Origin: Candidatus Aenigmatarchaeota archaeon
Lineage (GTDB): Archaea; Aenigmatarchaeota; Aenigmatarchaeia; QMZP01
Assembly (NCBI GenBank): GCA_017609145.1
Contig: JAFCEM010000002.1
Location: forward strand, 1-35,583
Reading direction: 5' to 3'
Length of the DNA stretch: 35,583 nt
How positions within the stretch are numbered: position 1 is the first letter of the stretch; every line of letters begins with the position of its first letter. Of this stretch, positions 26,948-34,796 are shown one piece after another. The notes under the pieces were generated by a model. That model ran no database searches, was not told the DNA's origin, and was given only the letters and a program-made list of their open reading frames with translations. Made by a program: the position numbers and the translations under genes.

Positions 26948-27877
26948 ATGCCAAAAACCGAAGTTCTCAAAAACATGAAACTGGCTATTCTTATTTTGCC
27001 AATCATTGCAATCGTCGCCGTCTCCGGTTGCACCACCGGTACCACTATAGTGACAGGGAACGGCATAATAATCGAGGAATTCAAGCCCACACTGACAGAC
27101 GTCTATTCCCAGGATCCTGTGGGACTCATGCTCAAGATAGAGAATCGGGGCGAAGCAAAGGCAGAGGACATAGAGGCGCTAATCTTCAATATAAATATAG
27201 ATGACTGGGATGTATCTGATGAAGAGAAAGACCTTAATGACCTGCTTGGAGTTGATCCTTTCACGTCAACACCCGGAGGAACAAAGACCGTCTACTGGTC
27301 AGATATGGAAGCGCCAGAGCTTGCAGCCAGCCTTGAGCACACATATACACCCAAAGTAAGGGTATCATATGATTACAGCACATCAGCTGAAAAACCAATC
27401 ACCATCGTGGACAGGGATGAGCTCATAAGCATAATACAACAGGGAGACTCCCTCCCAACAGGAACGACCACGTGCACAGCAGGCCCGCTTTCAGTTGATA
27501 TAATGACCGGCGACTATGTTGCAAGTCCTGACACCTCGGGTGATGATCCCTTCAATCTCCACATCTACATAACCAATCTTTTGTATGGTAGCCAGGGAAA
27601 GGTAGTTGAGGGAGACTTTGGTGACAGTGAAGACCAGTACCCTCTTGAGATGAAGATAACGCTGCCTGATGAACTTGACTTTACCTCAGATTCTCCTGAT
27701 GAATGCAGCGAATCATGGACGGCCATAAGCATGTGGGACGCACATGATACGGAAATAACATGCCAGCTTCAGGTTGAAGAGGGCCCGGAAATAATGACAG
27801 AGGGTCTGATAAAGGTGGACATCAGGTACAGGTTTGCAATTGATGCCTCGACAACAATCAAGGTTACAGGAATTTAA
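26948..27877 (+). CDS. Secreted lipobox protein, paralog 2
   Basis: Lipobox AVSG|C. IIIEEFKPTLTDVYSQDPVGLMLKIENRGEAKA. SD-like GGAAGTGA just upstream of the ATG. Confidence 0.6.
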   Translation: MPKTEVLKNMKLAILILPIIAIVAVSGCTTGTTIVTGNGIIIEEFKPTLTDVYSQDPVGLMLKIENRGEAKAEDIEALIFNINIDDWDVSDEEKDLNDLLGVDPFTSTPGGTKTVYWSDMEAPELAASLEHTYTPKVRVSYDYSTSAEKPITIVDRDELISIIQQGDSLPTGTTTCTAGPLSVDIMTGDYVASPDTSGDDPFNLHIYITNLLYGSQGKVVEGDFGDSEDQYPLEMKITLPDELDFTSDSPDECSESWTAISMWDAHDTEITCQLQVEEGPEIMTEGLIKVDIRYRFAIDASTTIKVTGI

Positions 27878-27900
27878 ATCAGAACACCATTTCTTTTAAT

Positions 27901-28833
27901 ATGAAGAATCTTTCAGCCCCCACACTCGTTCTAATTTTCCTTGTTTTGATAATATCAGGCTGCACAACACAGGTTGTTCAGGTCACAGAAAAAGGCCTTG
28001 AAATAGAAACATTTGAAGCGGATTTCAGCAATGTTTATTCCGGAGAGCAGGTGGATTTTAGGATGATAATCAGGAATACGGGTTCTGCTGATTCGCCTGA
28101 GGTTTTTGCAGAGGTTCTCGGTATTGACCAGGAGTGGGGCCCAAACCCCGGAGTTGAAGTGCTGCCGAACGAAGACGAATGCAGGTATACCAGCTCGGAG
28201 CATTTCAGCCTTCTTGCCCCTGACACCATATCAGGGACACCGGGCGCTTCACACCAGTGCACATGGACTTATATAGCTCCTGTGTTGCCTGCAGGCCAGT
28301 CAATGACATACGAAGTGACCGGCAGGGTTTTTTACCGCTATTCAAGCGCTACCATAACATCTGTGACATTCGGCTCCTATGATGAAATTAAGCAACTGCA
28401 AAGCTCAGGGCAGTCGTTGCCCGCTGAAACTACATCATCAAGCAAGGGCCCGATAAAAATAGAGATTCAGACACAGGGACCAGTGCGCTTTTCCGAGAAT
28501 GAGGGCGAGGCAGAATTTCCGTTATATATAACAGTTAAAAACCTGGGTGGTGGTGTTGTATGCAACACAGAAAAACCCAACGATTGCAGTATGCATTCCG
28601 ACGTGGATTATAGAAACAAGATTGACATTACACTTTCTGCGAGCAACATAGATCTTGCGGACTGTGAAAAAAAGGCCCTGTCAGTCTTTACCGGCAGCTA
28701 TAATTCTTACAGTTGTGAAGCAACTGCGACGGACCTTAAGGATCAGCCACTTACACAGAGAACGATAACAGCAAGCGCAGATTATAGCTACTACAGTGAC
28801 AAAGAGATAACAGTAATAGTGACCGGTGACTAG
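27901..28833 (+). CDS. Secreted lipobox protein, paralog 3
   Basis: Lipobox IISG|C. LEIETFEADFSNVYSGEQVDFRMIIRNTGSADS. The C-terminal block YSYYSDKEITVIVTG parallels paralog 2 (YRFAIDASTTIKVTG). Confidence 0.6.
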   Translation: MKNLSAPTLVLIFLVLIISGCTTQVVQVTEKGLEIETFEADFSNVYSGEQVDFRMIIRNTGSADSPEVFAEVLGIDQEWGPNPGVEVLPNEDECRYTSSEHFSLLAPDTISGTPGASHQCTWTYIAPVLPAGQSMTYEVTGRVFYRYSSATITSVTFGSYDEIKQLQSSGQSLPAETTSSSKGPIKIEIQTQGPVRFSENEGEAEFPLYITVKNLGGGVVCNTEKPNDCSMHSDVDYRNKIDITLSASNIDLADCEKKALSVFTGSYNSYSCEATATDLKDQPLTQRTITASADYSYYSDKEITVIVTGD

Positions 28834-28836
28834 TCA

Positions 28837-30120
28837 TCAGAAATCAGACAGATTTTTCTGCTTATTTATTTTGCTGGTTTTATTGTTTATCTTTTCTTCT
28901 TTCACAGATTCTTTGCCAAATACAGGCACACCATATTTCCCGTCATAACCAGCTTTAATCTTCACTCTCCCCTCCCTGACCATAAGTATTGCCTCTGCGA
29001 GCCTGCTGCCCGAAACAGAGGAAATTTCCTCCTTTGGGGCTTTCAGCAGCACCGCCAGTTCAGAGCCGAATTTTGAAACAAGCCTTTTGTGTTCATTATA
29101 TATCCTTTTTGAATAGAGCTGTTCAATTCCCAATACGGATGCTATTATTTCGGACAGTGGTATAAGGGACTTGAATGGTATTGCACCCACTGGTACGAAT
29201 CCTTCTTTCCTGTCAGCAAGTTCCTCGACCCTATGGAGCACCCCTATAGTCAGCCGGTTTCCACACCTCGGACAAACATTTCTAATTTTCTCTGATTCCC
29301 TTGGTTCAATACAGATACCGCAGTTCCTGTGCCCGTCCAGATGATATTTTCCATAGGCTGGATCAACCTCTATTGTATACAAAAATCTTTTCGGATCTTT
29401 CTCTTTTATTACCCTGAATATACTGTCATAAGTTACGTTTTTCAGCTCAAAAACATTGGCCTCCCTTCCTATTCTCCATGGCCAAAAACTGTGCGAGTCC
29501 GAGTTGCTGACAAGCGTAAATCTGTCCAGAGCCGATATTCTCCAGTTCATTGCCGGGTCGCTGCTCAGACCGGTTTCCAGAGCAAAGATATGTTTGGTCT
29601 GATCCTGAAAACACTCCTCTACACTATCAAATCCGGACATGGAACCGAACAGGCTGAACCACGGCGTCCATATATGTGCGGGAATTACCTCGCATCTTTT
29701 ATCAACTCCTTTCACAATCTCTACAAGCTCAGGGCAATGGATTCCGCAGATAGGCCTGCCGTCCGAATCCAAATTAACTCCCTCCTTCCTCAGGGATTCG
29801 TTGAGCTGCTCCGCGGCACCGAAGTCCGGGGCAAAGATAATATTGTGTATCTTTCTGACTTTTCCGCCGTGTTTGTATATACTTGATATTTCTGTCGTAA
29901 GCACAAAACCAAAACCATCATTTGTTCTTAGCACTCCGGTTCCATCCTCGCTCAGTTGCCCCTTAAGCTCACTGAGCCATAAGGGATGTGTAAAATCACC
30001 TGTCCCCAAAAGGCCAAGCCCCTTAATCCTCGCGTATTTTGCAAGGTTTTCTATGGTTATTTGCTTGCTTGTGGCCCTGGAATATCTTGAATGTATATGA
30101 AAATCAGCTATTATTTCCAT
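28837..30120 (-). CDS. Endonuclease Q-like PHP-domain nuclease with zinc finger
   Basis: DFHIHSRYSRATS, GTGDFTHP, PAHIWTPW, SNSDSHS, GKYHLDGHRNC and a CPRCGNRLTIGVLHRVEEL zinc ribbon. The order and ~427 aa length match my recollection of Pyrococcus EndoQ. Confidence 0.7.
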   Translation of the reverse strand: MEIIADFHIHSRYSRATSKQITIENLAKYARIKGLGLLGTGDFTHPLWLSELKGQLSEDGTGVLRTNDGFGFVLTTEISSIYKHGGKVRKIHNIIFAPDFGAAEQLNESLRKEGVNLDSDGRPICGIHCPELVEIVKGVDKRCEVIPAHIWTPWFSLFGSMSGFDSVEECFQDQTKHIFALETGLSSDPAMNWRISALDRFTLVSNSDSHSFWPWRIGREANVFELKNVTYDSIFRVIKEKDPKRFLYTIEVDPAYGKYHLDGHRNCGICIEPRESEKIRNVCPRCGNRLTIGVLHRVEELADRKEGFVPVGAIPFKSLIPLSEIIASVLGIEQLYSKRIYNEHKRLVSKFGSELAVLLKAPKEEISSVSGSRLAEAILMVREGRVKIKAGYDGKYGVPVFGKESVKEEKINNKTSKINKQKNLSDF

Positions 30121-30159
30121 GAAAATATAGTTAAAAATTAACTATTAAAACAAAACTCT

Positions 30160-31353
30160 TCAAGTGAGATTAATCTTTCGTCTTCTTTTCTTTGCCAGCA
30201 AATCCTTTTCGTATGATTCAATCCACTTTTCAAGTTTTTTAATGTCTTTTTCACTGTTACCAACACCGGAGCTGTTGCCGACCCCGACCACTATGATATT
30301 GTCACCCTTCTTTGACCTTTCAATGCTTCTCATAAGAGCCTCTTTGACTTTTGGTATCGCGTCCTTTATCGCTTTTCTCATTGGCATTATTGCCTCTTCT
30401 TGGCTCATCTTCACTACTATGGAATCAAGCGGCAGGTTCTTTGTCACAGCAATATCCTCTATGTAACTTCTCTCTACACCCGGTCCGCCCATTGCAACAC
30501 CCACACCTTCTGCCACGCTTCCTGTTTTTTCGCCTTCAAGCTTTGCGGCCGCGTCTATCGTTACTATTTTTGATATCTTATTGTTTTTTATCACCTTCTC
30601 AACCGCCTTTCCTGGATATCCTATCCTCCCGCCCGGGCCCGTTGCCTTCATAAGGAAAAGATTCCTGCCATTCATTGTGCTCCTTTTCATAATTATGTCC
30701 TTTTCTACCTCATGGAATTTTCCATTGCCCATCAGGTGGGTAACGACAAGAGGTCCGATTCCGTCACCTATGGGTTTCGCAGTAGACATTGCTTTTGTTC
30801 CCTTGAACATGGCCTTTGCCAGCCTTTCCACCATAGGAAGCTGCATGTGGATTATCATTGCCATCTGATAAGACTTCTCTTTCCTTATTAGCTCTACATA
30901 GTGCCTGACAATTTTTGCTATGGTATGAACCGTAATTCCACCAGCCAGGCCCATTTGTATCGCGGCCTTCTTCTCTTTATCTGCGGACGGCATAATCTGA
31001 TCAGTAAAGTAGACGAATCTCTGCTTTTCGTTCTTTATTACATGATCCAGTTTTTTCACAACACCATAAGGGTCCAAAGAAATTGGCTGTATCATGAAGA
31101 ACTCAAAGAATCTGTCTATTGAGTCATTCAATTTTTTGGTTGGTTTTTTGCTTATCTCCTTTTTTACTATGCTCTTTGCCTGGTCAGAAAGCACTTCAAG
31201 CTCTGAAGCCACCCTTTCAATCTTCCACATTATCTGTGAGAGCATGAGTCTTGGGTAAAAGAAAAACATTATTACAAAAAATAAAATGAAGACTATCCAT
31301 GAGATCCAGCTATCACCACCAAGTTGAAAAAGCAACATGTTCATAGCCATCAA
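30160..31353 (-). CDS. Conserved archaeal membrane-anchored protein (DUF1512-like)
   Basis: N-terminal TM helix (WISWIVFILFFVIMFFFYPRL) followed by a ~330 aa soluble part. The family name is from memory only. Confidence 0.45.
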   Translation of the reverse strand: MMAMNMLLFQLGGDSWISWIVFILFFVIMFFFYPRLMLSQIMWKIERVASELEVLSDQAKSIVKKEISKKPTKKLNDSIDRFFEFFMIQPISLDPYGVVKKLDHVIKNEKQRFVYFTDQIMPSADKEKKAAIQMGLAGGITVHTIAKIVRHYVELIRKEKSYQMAMIIHMQLPMVERLAKAMFKGTKAMSTAKPIGDGIGPLVVTHLMGNGKFHEVEKDIIMKRSTMNGRNLFLMKATGPGGRIGYPGKAVEKVIKNNKISKIVTIDAAAKLEGEKTGSVAEGVGVAMGGPGVERSYIEDIAVTKNLPLDSIVVKMSQEEAIMPMRKAIKDAIPKVKEALMRSIERSKKGDNIIVVGVGNSSGVGNSEKDIKKLEKWIESYEKDLLAKKRRRKINLT

Positions 31354-31438
31354 TTATACTATTAATTGCACATCTTATTATAAATATTAATCGGCACTAT
31401 TTCAAAAATCATATAAATTACCAAAACAAGATAATACT

Positions 31439-32005
31439 ATGGACTGGAAAATACTGGCAGCATCCTTCGCCGCGCTTGTTATAGTATCCTCGGTACTCCT
31501 CGGCGGTTTCGGGCTTGGTGATTTCTTTTCAGATATAATAAACACCATAGGAGAGTTTCTCGGAAGTTCGCCTTTCGGGGGTTTGGGCACAACAGAATCC
31601 GGGCTTTTTATTAGCATTACGCTTTTCCCGTCAAAATTCTCAACAGAGATAGCAGACGGTATAAATATAACCACGGACACACTCAATATCCAAAAATTCA
31701 CTGGTACGTTGCATGTTGATTACGAGAATAGTGTAATAGCATTCGAGCCTCAGGACACAGAAGTTTCGATAAATATCCCGCTTCAGGACATTTCGCTTGA
31801 TGGACTGAAACTCAGCAAAATATCAGTAGAGGACATTGATTTTGAAATAGGTAATGAGGAATCCGGGATGACTACAGGAAAGGGGAACATTGACATATTT
31901 GATTTTTCAGGTGAATTTATGATACTTATAGACAGGGTGGAGTTTAACGGGAATGTTTCAAGCATATCCATCAAAACAGGAGATTCCGAATGGGAGCTCA
32001 AATAG
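31439..32005 (+). CDS. Hypothetical membrane-anchored protein
   Basis: Single N-terminal TM helix (ILAASFAALVIVSSVLLGGF), then a beta-rich acidic domain. No recognisable family. Confidence 0.5.
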   Translation: MDWKILAASFAALVIVSSVLLGGFGLGDFFSDIINTIGEFLGSSPFGGLGTTESGLFISITLFPSKFSTEIADGINITTDTLNIQKFTGTLHVDYENSVIAFEPQDTEVSINIPLQDISLDGLKLSKISVEDIDFEIGNEESGMTTGKGNIDIFDFSGEFMILIDRVEFNGNVSSISIKTGDSEWELK

Positions 32006-32058
32006 ACCATTAACTTCTTTAAAAAGGTAAAAAACATAATACTATCCGTCTGATTTAA

Positions 32059-32157
32059 GCCCTGGTAGCTCAGTAGGTAGAGCACACGGCTGTTAACCGT
32101 GGTGTCGGAGGTTCGAGAAATCCTTGTGAAAGGAAACCGGAATTCCTCCCCTGGGCG
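32059..32157 (+). tRNA. tRNA-Asn (GTT) with a ~26-nt intron in the T-loop
   Basis: Acceptor GCCCTGG / CCTGGGC (one U-U mismatch). D arm GCTC-AGTAGGTA-GAGC. Anticodon arm CACGG-CTGTTAA-CCGTG. T stem GGAGG (32107-32111) and CCTCC (32145-32149) are separated by 33 nt instead of 7. The insert contains the hairpin TCCTT-GTGA-AAGGA. Confidence 0.8.
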
Positions 32158-32159
32158 CT

Positions 32160-32435
32160 ATGACAGATCTCATATCACACATAAGCAGGAACTTTGACCT
32201 CAGAAATTTCAGCAGAAGCTGTAACATACACGGATGTAACCGGCTGCCGACAAAAGAAGCTGTAATAGTCGAGTTCGACCCAAAAACAGGCCGCAGAAGA
32301 GAACTGGTTTCTTTATATTTTTGTGGTGAACACTATAATAAAAGTATCAAGAAAATAATGAGAGACATCAAAAAAATAGAGAACACCAAGGTAATAGATA
32401 AAAACGTATTTGACATAGGTTATGTCACACACTAG
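32160..32435 (+). CDS. Small hypothetical Cys/His-containing (possible zinc-binding) protein
   Basis: 91 aa. CNIHGC ... CGEH spacing suggests a CCCH metal site, and the C-terminus is basic. It is wedged between two tRNA genes. Confidence 0.5.
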   Translation: MTDLISHISRNFDLRNFSRSCNIHGCNRLPTKEAVIVEFDPKTGRRRELVSLYFCGEHYNKSIKKIMRDIKKIENTKVIDKNVFDIGYVTH

Positions 32436-32445
32436 GGACGAGACT

Positions 32446-32539
32446 GGGACGGTAATCTTGAAAAGAGACCGTACGCTCAGCCTGGGAGAGCAACCGACTG
32501 AAGATCGGTATGTCGCGCGTTCAAATCGCGCCCGTCCCA
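32446..32539 (+). tRNA. tRNA-Phe (GAA) with a ~20-nt intron between the acceptor stem and the D stem
   Basis: Acceptor GGGACGG (32446-32452) pairs perfectly with CCGTCCC (32532-32538). D arm GCTC-AGCCTGGGA-GAGC starts only at 32475. Anticodon arm ACCGA-CTGAAGA-TCGGT. T arm GCGCG-TTCAAAT-CGCGC. Twenty-two nt occupy the place of the 2 nt at positions 8-9. Confidence 0.8.
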
Positions 32540-32552
32540 TCTGGTGAAATAA

Positions 32553-32753
32553 ATGGGAAGAATAAAGAGCACGGCAATAAGGAACCTGGGAGATGAACTG
32601 ATAAAGGAGTTTGGTAGCAGATTCAGTATTGATTTTGAGAAAAACAAAAAGATATTAGAGGAAATCAAACCAATTAAATCAAAGAGAACAAGAAACATTC
32701 TTGCCGGTTACATATCAAAGGAAATGCAAAAAATCGGGAAAAAGGGCATCTGA
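32553..32753 (+). CDS. rps17e: 30S ribosomal protein S17e
   Basis: MGRIKSTAIRNLGDELIKEFGSRFSIDFEKNKKILEE...RNILAGYIS matches the archaeal S17e pattern. SD-like GGTGA lies 7 nt upstream. Confidence 0.85.
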   Translation: MGRIKSTAIRNLGDELIKEFGSRFSIDFEKNKKILEEIKPIKSKRTRNILAGYISKEMQKIGKKGI

Positions 32754-32754
32754 T

Positions 32755-33873
32755 ATGGACATCAGGGAAATCTTTGAAAAGCCACTCATACTGAAACCAG
32801 AGGAAAGAGTATCCAAGGCAATTTCTGAAATGCATCAAAAAAAGAAGCACGAAGCGCTTGTAATGGAAGGTAAAGAACTCCTTGGCGTTTTGGTTGCAAG
32901 AGATCTGGTAAAGAGAAAGATAAACACACCAGATAAAACAACCATCAAAAAATTCATAAGGAAGACGAACCCCCTACTGCCGGGCTCAAGTATAGAGGAT
33001 GTGATGAATTCCATGATGGTCAATGACTTCAAGTGCGTTCTAATAAAGGATGAGAAGGGCGAAATATTTTTTATCACAAAACTCGGGATGCTTAGTCAGG
33101 TCAAAAACAACAAGGAGTTTAAGGACAAGAACGCATCGGATATTATGGTCCCTCCCTATTGTATTGACTCTGGTGATTCCCTGGCAACCGCACTGTCAAT
33201 AATACGCTTTGCAAATATATCAAGGGTACCGGTCGTTGATGAAAAGAACAGTGTTCTTGGGGTTCTTGATACACTAGACCTGTTAAAGGCCAGCATCAAG
33301 ATGTCAAAGGCATCCATAGGTGAAAAATCAGGAGAACATATCAAATTAAGAGACGTTTTTGCCTCATCGTTTATGGATACCAATATACAGAAAATAGCAC
33401 CGGACACGAGCATCAGGAATGTCATCAATACTATGATACAGAAAGAAACAGAGACCATTCTCATTGAAAAAAACAACAAGCTGGTTGGAATTATTACACC
33501 AAAACTGATACTGAAACTCATAGGCAAAAACGTCAGCGGGATTCGTGTTCAAATTAGTGGCATCGGGGATGAGGAAATGTTCATAAGATCGGTCATTGAT
33601 AAGCAGTTGAGAAATGCTGTGAAAAAGATGAGCAGGTTTATACCATTGGAGTTTCTGGTGCTACGTATTGACAGGCACCATAAAACGGGTAAGAGAGCTA
33701 AATATTCAGTCAAGGCCACGCTTGCCACAAGAAAGGGCACCTTCTATGCAAATGATTTTTCATGGGATCTTACCAAGGCAATAAGAGGCATACTCAACAA
33801 ATTCGAAAAAGAAGTCATCAAGAGGAAGGATCATCTAATAATGGGCAAGGTGGGAAAAACGAAAGACTTATAA
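32755..33873 (+). CDS. Four-CBS-domain protein fused to a C-terminal HPF/RaiA (S30AE)-like domain
   Basis: Four CBS repeats (for example LLGVLVARDLV, IFFITKLGML, VLGVLDTLDLL, LVGIITPKLIL). The last ~100 aa, IRVQISGIGDEEMFIRSVIDKQLRNAVKKMSRF...VLRIDRHHK...YSVKATLATRKGTFYANDFSWDLTKAIRGILNKFEKEVIKRKD, follow the hibernation-factor beta-alpha-beta-beta-beta-alpha pattern. The ATG at 32755 lies 1 nt after the rps17e stop. Confidence 0.75.
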   Translation: MDIREIFEKPLILKPEERVSKAISEMHQKKKHEALVMEGKELLGVLVARDLVKRKINTPDKTTIKKFIRKTNPLLPGSSIEDVMNSMMVNDFKCVLIKDEKGEIFFITKLGMLSQVKNNKEFKDKNASDIMVPPYCIDSGDSLATALSIIRFANISRVPVVDEKNSVLGVLDTLDLLKASIKMSKASIGEKSGEHIKLRDVFASSFMDTNIQKIAPDTSIRNVINTMIQKETETILIEKNNKLVGIITPKLILKLIGKNVSGIRVQISGIGDEEMFIRSVIDKQLRNAVKKMSRFIPLEFLVLRIDRHHKTGKRAKYSVKATLATRKGTFYANDFSWDLTKAIRGILNKFEKEVIKRKDHLIMGKVGKTKDL

Positions 33874-33910
33874 ACCCGAATTTGCAATAGGGAATATCAC
33901 GGTGGTTAAT

Positions 33911-34432
33911 ATGCCCAAGAATGAGTCATTCAAGTCAACGGCGCTCTATATATTACTTGGTGTTTTGCTTGCCTTTTTCATAAATCAAGGACTATGTCTC
34001 GCGCTTTCGACGGATATGCCCGTGGTAGCTGTCGAATCCAACTCAATGTGTGGGGATTCAAGCTGTGTTTTCGCAAGGGGAGACCTGCTAATACTTCAGG
34101 GGGTTTCTGCTGAAGATCTCAGGGTTGGTGATGTAATAGTATACTCCGTACCCAATCAACAGACGCCTATAGTCCACAGGATAATAAAGATTAATTCCGA
34201 TGGAACCTTCCAGACCAAAGGTGATGCGAATAGCGCCCAGTTGCCCTTTGAAAAAAACATAAAAGCATTAAGTATCCACGGAAAGGAGATAATGGTGATT
34301 CCGTTGCTGGGATGGTTAAAAATAGGGCTGACAGAGTTTATTATGCCAAATATCGTATGGATAATCATTGCCGTTGCAGGAATATATATTATAGGCAGAT
34401 ACAAACCATATCAAAAAATACAGCCGGCTTAG
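33911..34432 (+). CDS. Signal peptidase I, archaeal/ER type (S26B)
   Basis: N-terminal TM helix, Ser box ESNSM, His box PIVHRII, GDAN box and a C-terminal TM helix. SD-like GGTGG upstream of ATG 33911. Confidence 0.8.
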   Translation: MPKNESFKSTALYILLGVLLAFFINQGLCLALSTDMPVVAVESNSMCGDSSCVFARGDLLILQGVSAEDLRVGDVIVYSVPNQQTPIVHRIIKINSDGTFQTKGDANSAQLPFEKNIKALSIHGKEIMVIPLLGWLKIGLTEFIMPNIVWIIIAVAGIYIIGRYKPYQKIQPA

Positions 34433-34438
34433 GGTGAT

Positions 34439-34765
34439 ATGATGCAATTTTGTGAGAAATGCAAAGCGGTTATGGTGAGCAAAAAGAAAGGAAATAAGAC
34501 AATTCTTTTCTGTAGGAAATGTGGTCATACGAGTACGGATTATAAATCATTGGAGATTTCAGAGCAGGTCAAGAAAAGACCAAAGGATGATGTCATAATC
34601 ATAGAGAAGGACGAAGAGGCCCTTCCGAAAACAAAGGCGGTTTGCCCTGTGTGTGGGAACAAGGAAGCGGTCTGGTGGTTGCAGCAAACACGCTCTATAG
34701 ATGAGGCGCCTACTCTTTTCCTGCGCTGTACAAAATGCAAGCATTCCTGGCGTGAATACGGGTAA
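34439..34765 (+). CDS. tfs: Transcription factor S (TFS) / RNA polymerase subunit M-like
   Basis: N-terminal zinc ribbon CEKC...CRKC. C-terminal ribbon CPVCGNKEAVWWLQQTRSIDEAPTLFLRCTKCKHSW with the acidic DE hairpin. SD GGTGAT upstream. Confidence 0.9.
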   Translation: MMQFCEKCKAVMVSKKKGNKTILFCRKCGHTSTDYKSLEISEQVKKRPKDDVIIIEKDEEALPKTKAVCPVCGNKEAVWWLQQTRSIDEAPTLFLRCTKCKHSWREYG

Positions 34766-34796
34766 TTATAAATCCTTTTCTGTTGAATTGAATTAA

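Noticed and set aside
32059-32539. Possible integrated-element remnant, given the small ORF flanked by tRNA genes and the duplicated GGGACG near the tRNA-Phe 5' end
   Set aside because: There is no integrase, no att-like direct repeat longer than 6 nt and no compositional break. The tight spacing fits ordinary operon compaction better.
32313-32540. 75-aa minus-strand ORF
   Set aside because: It overlaps the whole tRNA-Phe gene and the end of the small plus-strand ORF. It is an artefact of the tRNA region.
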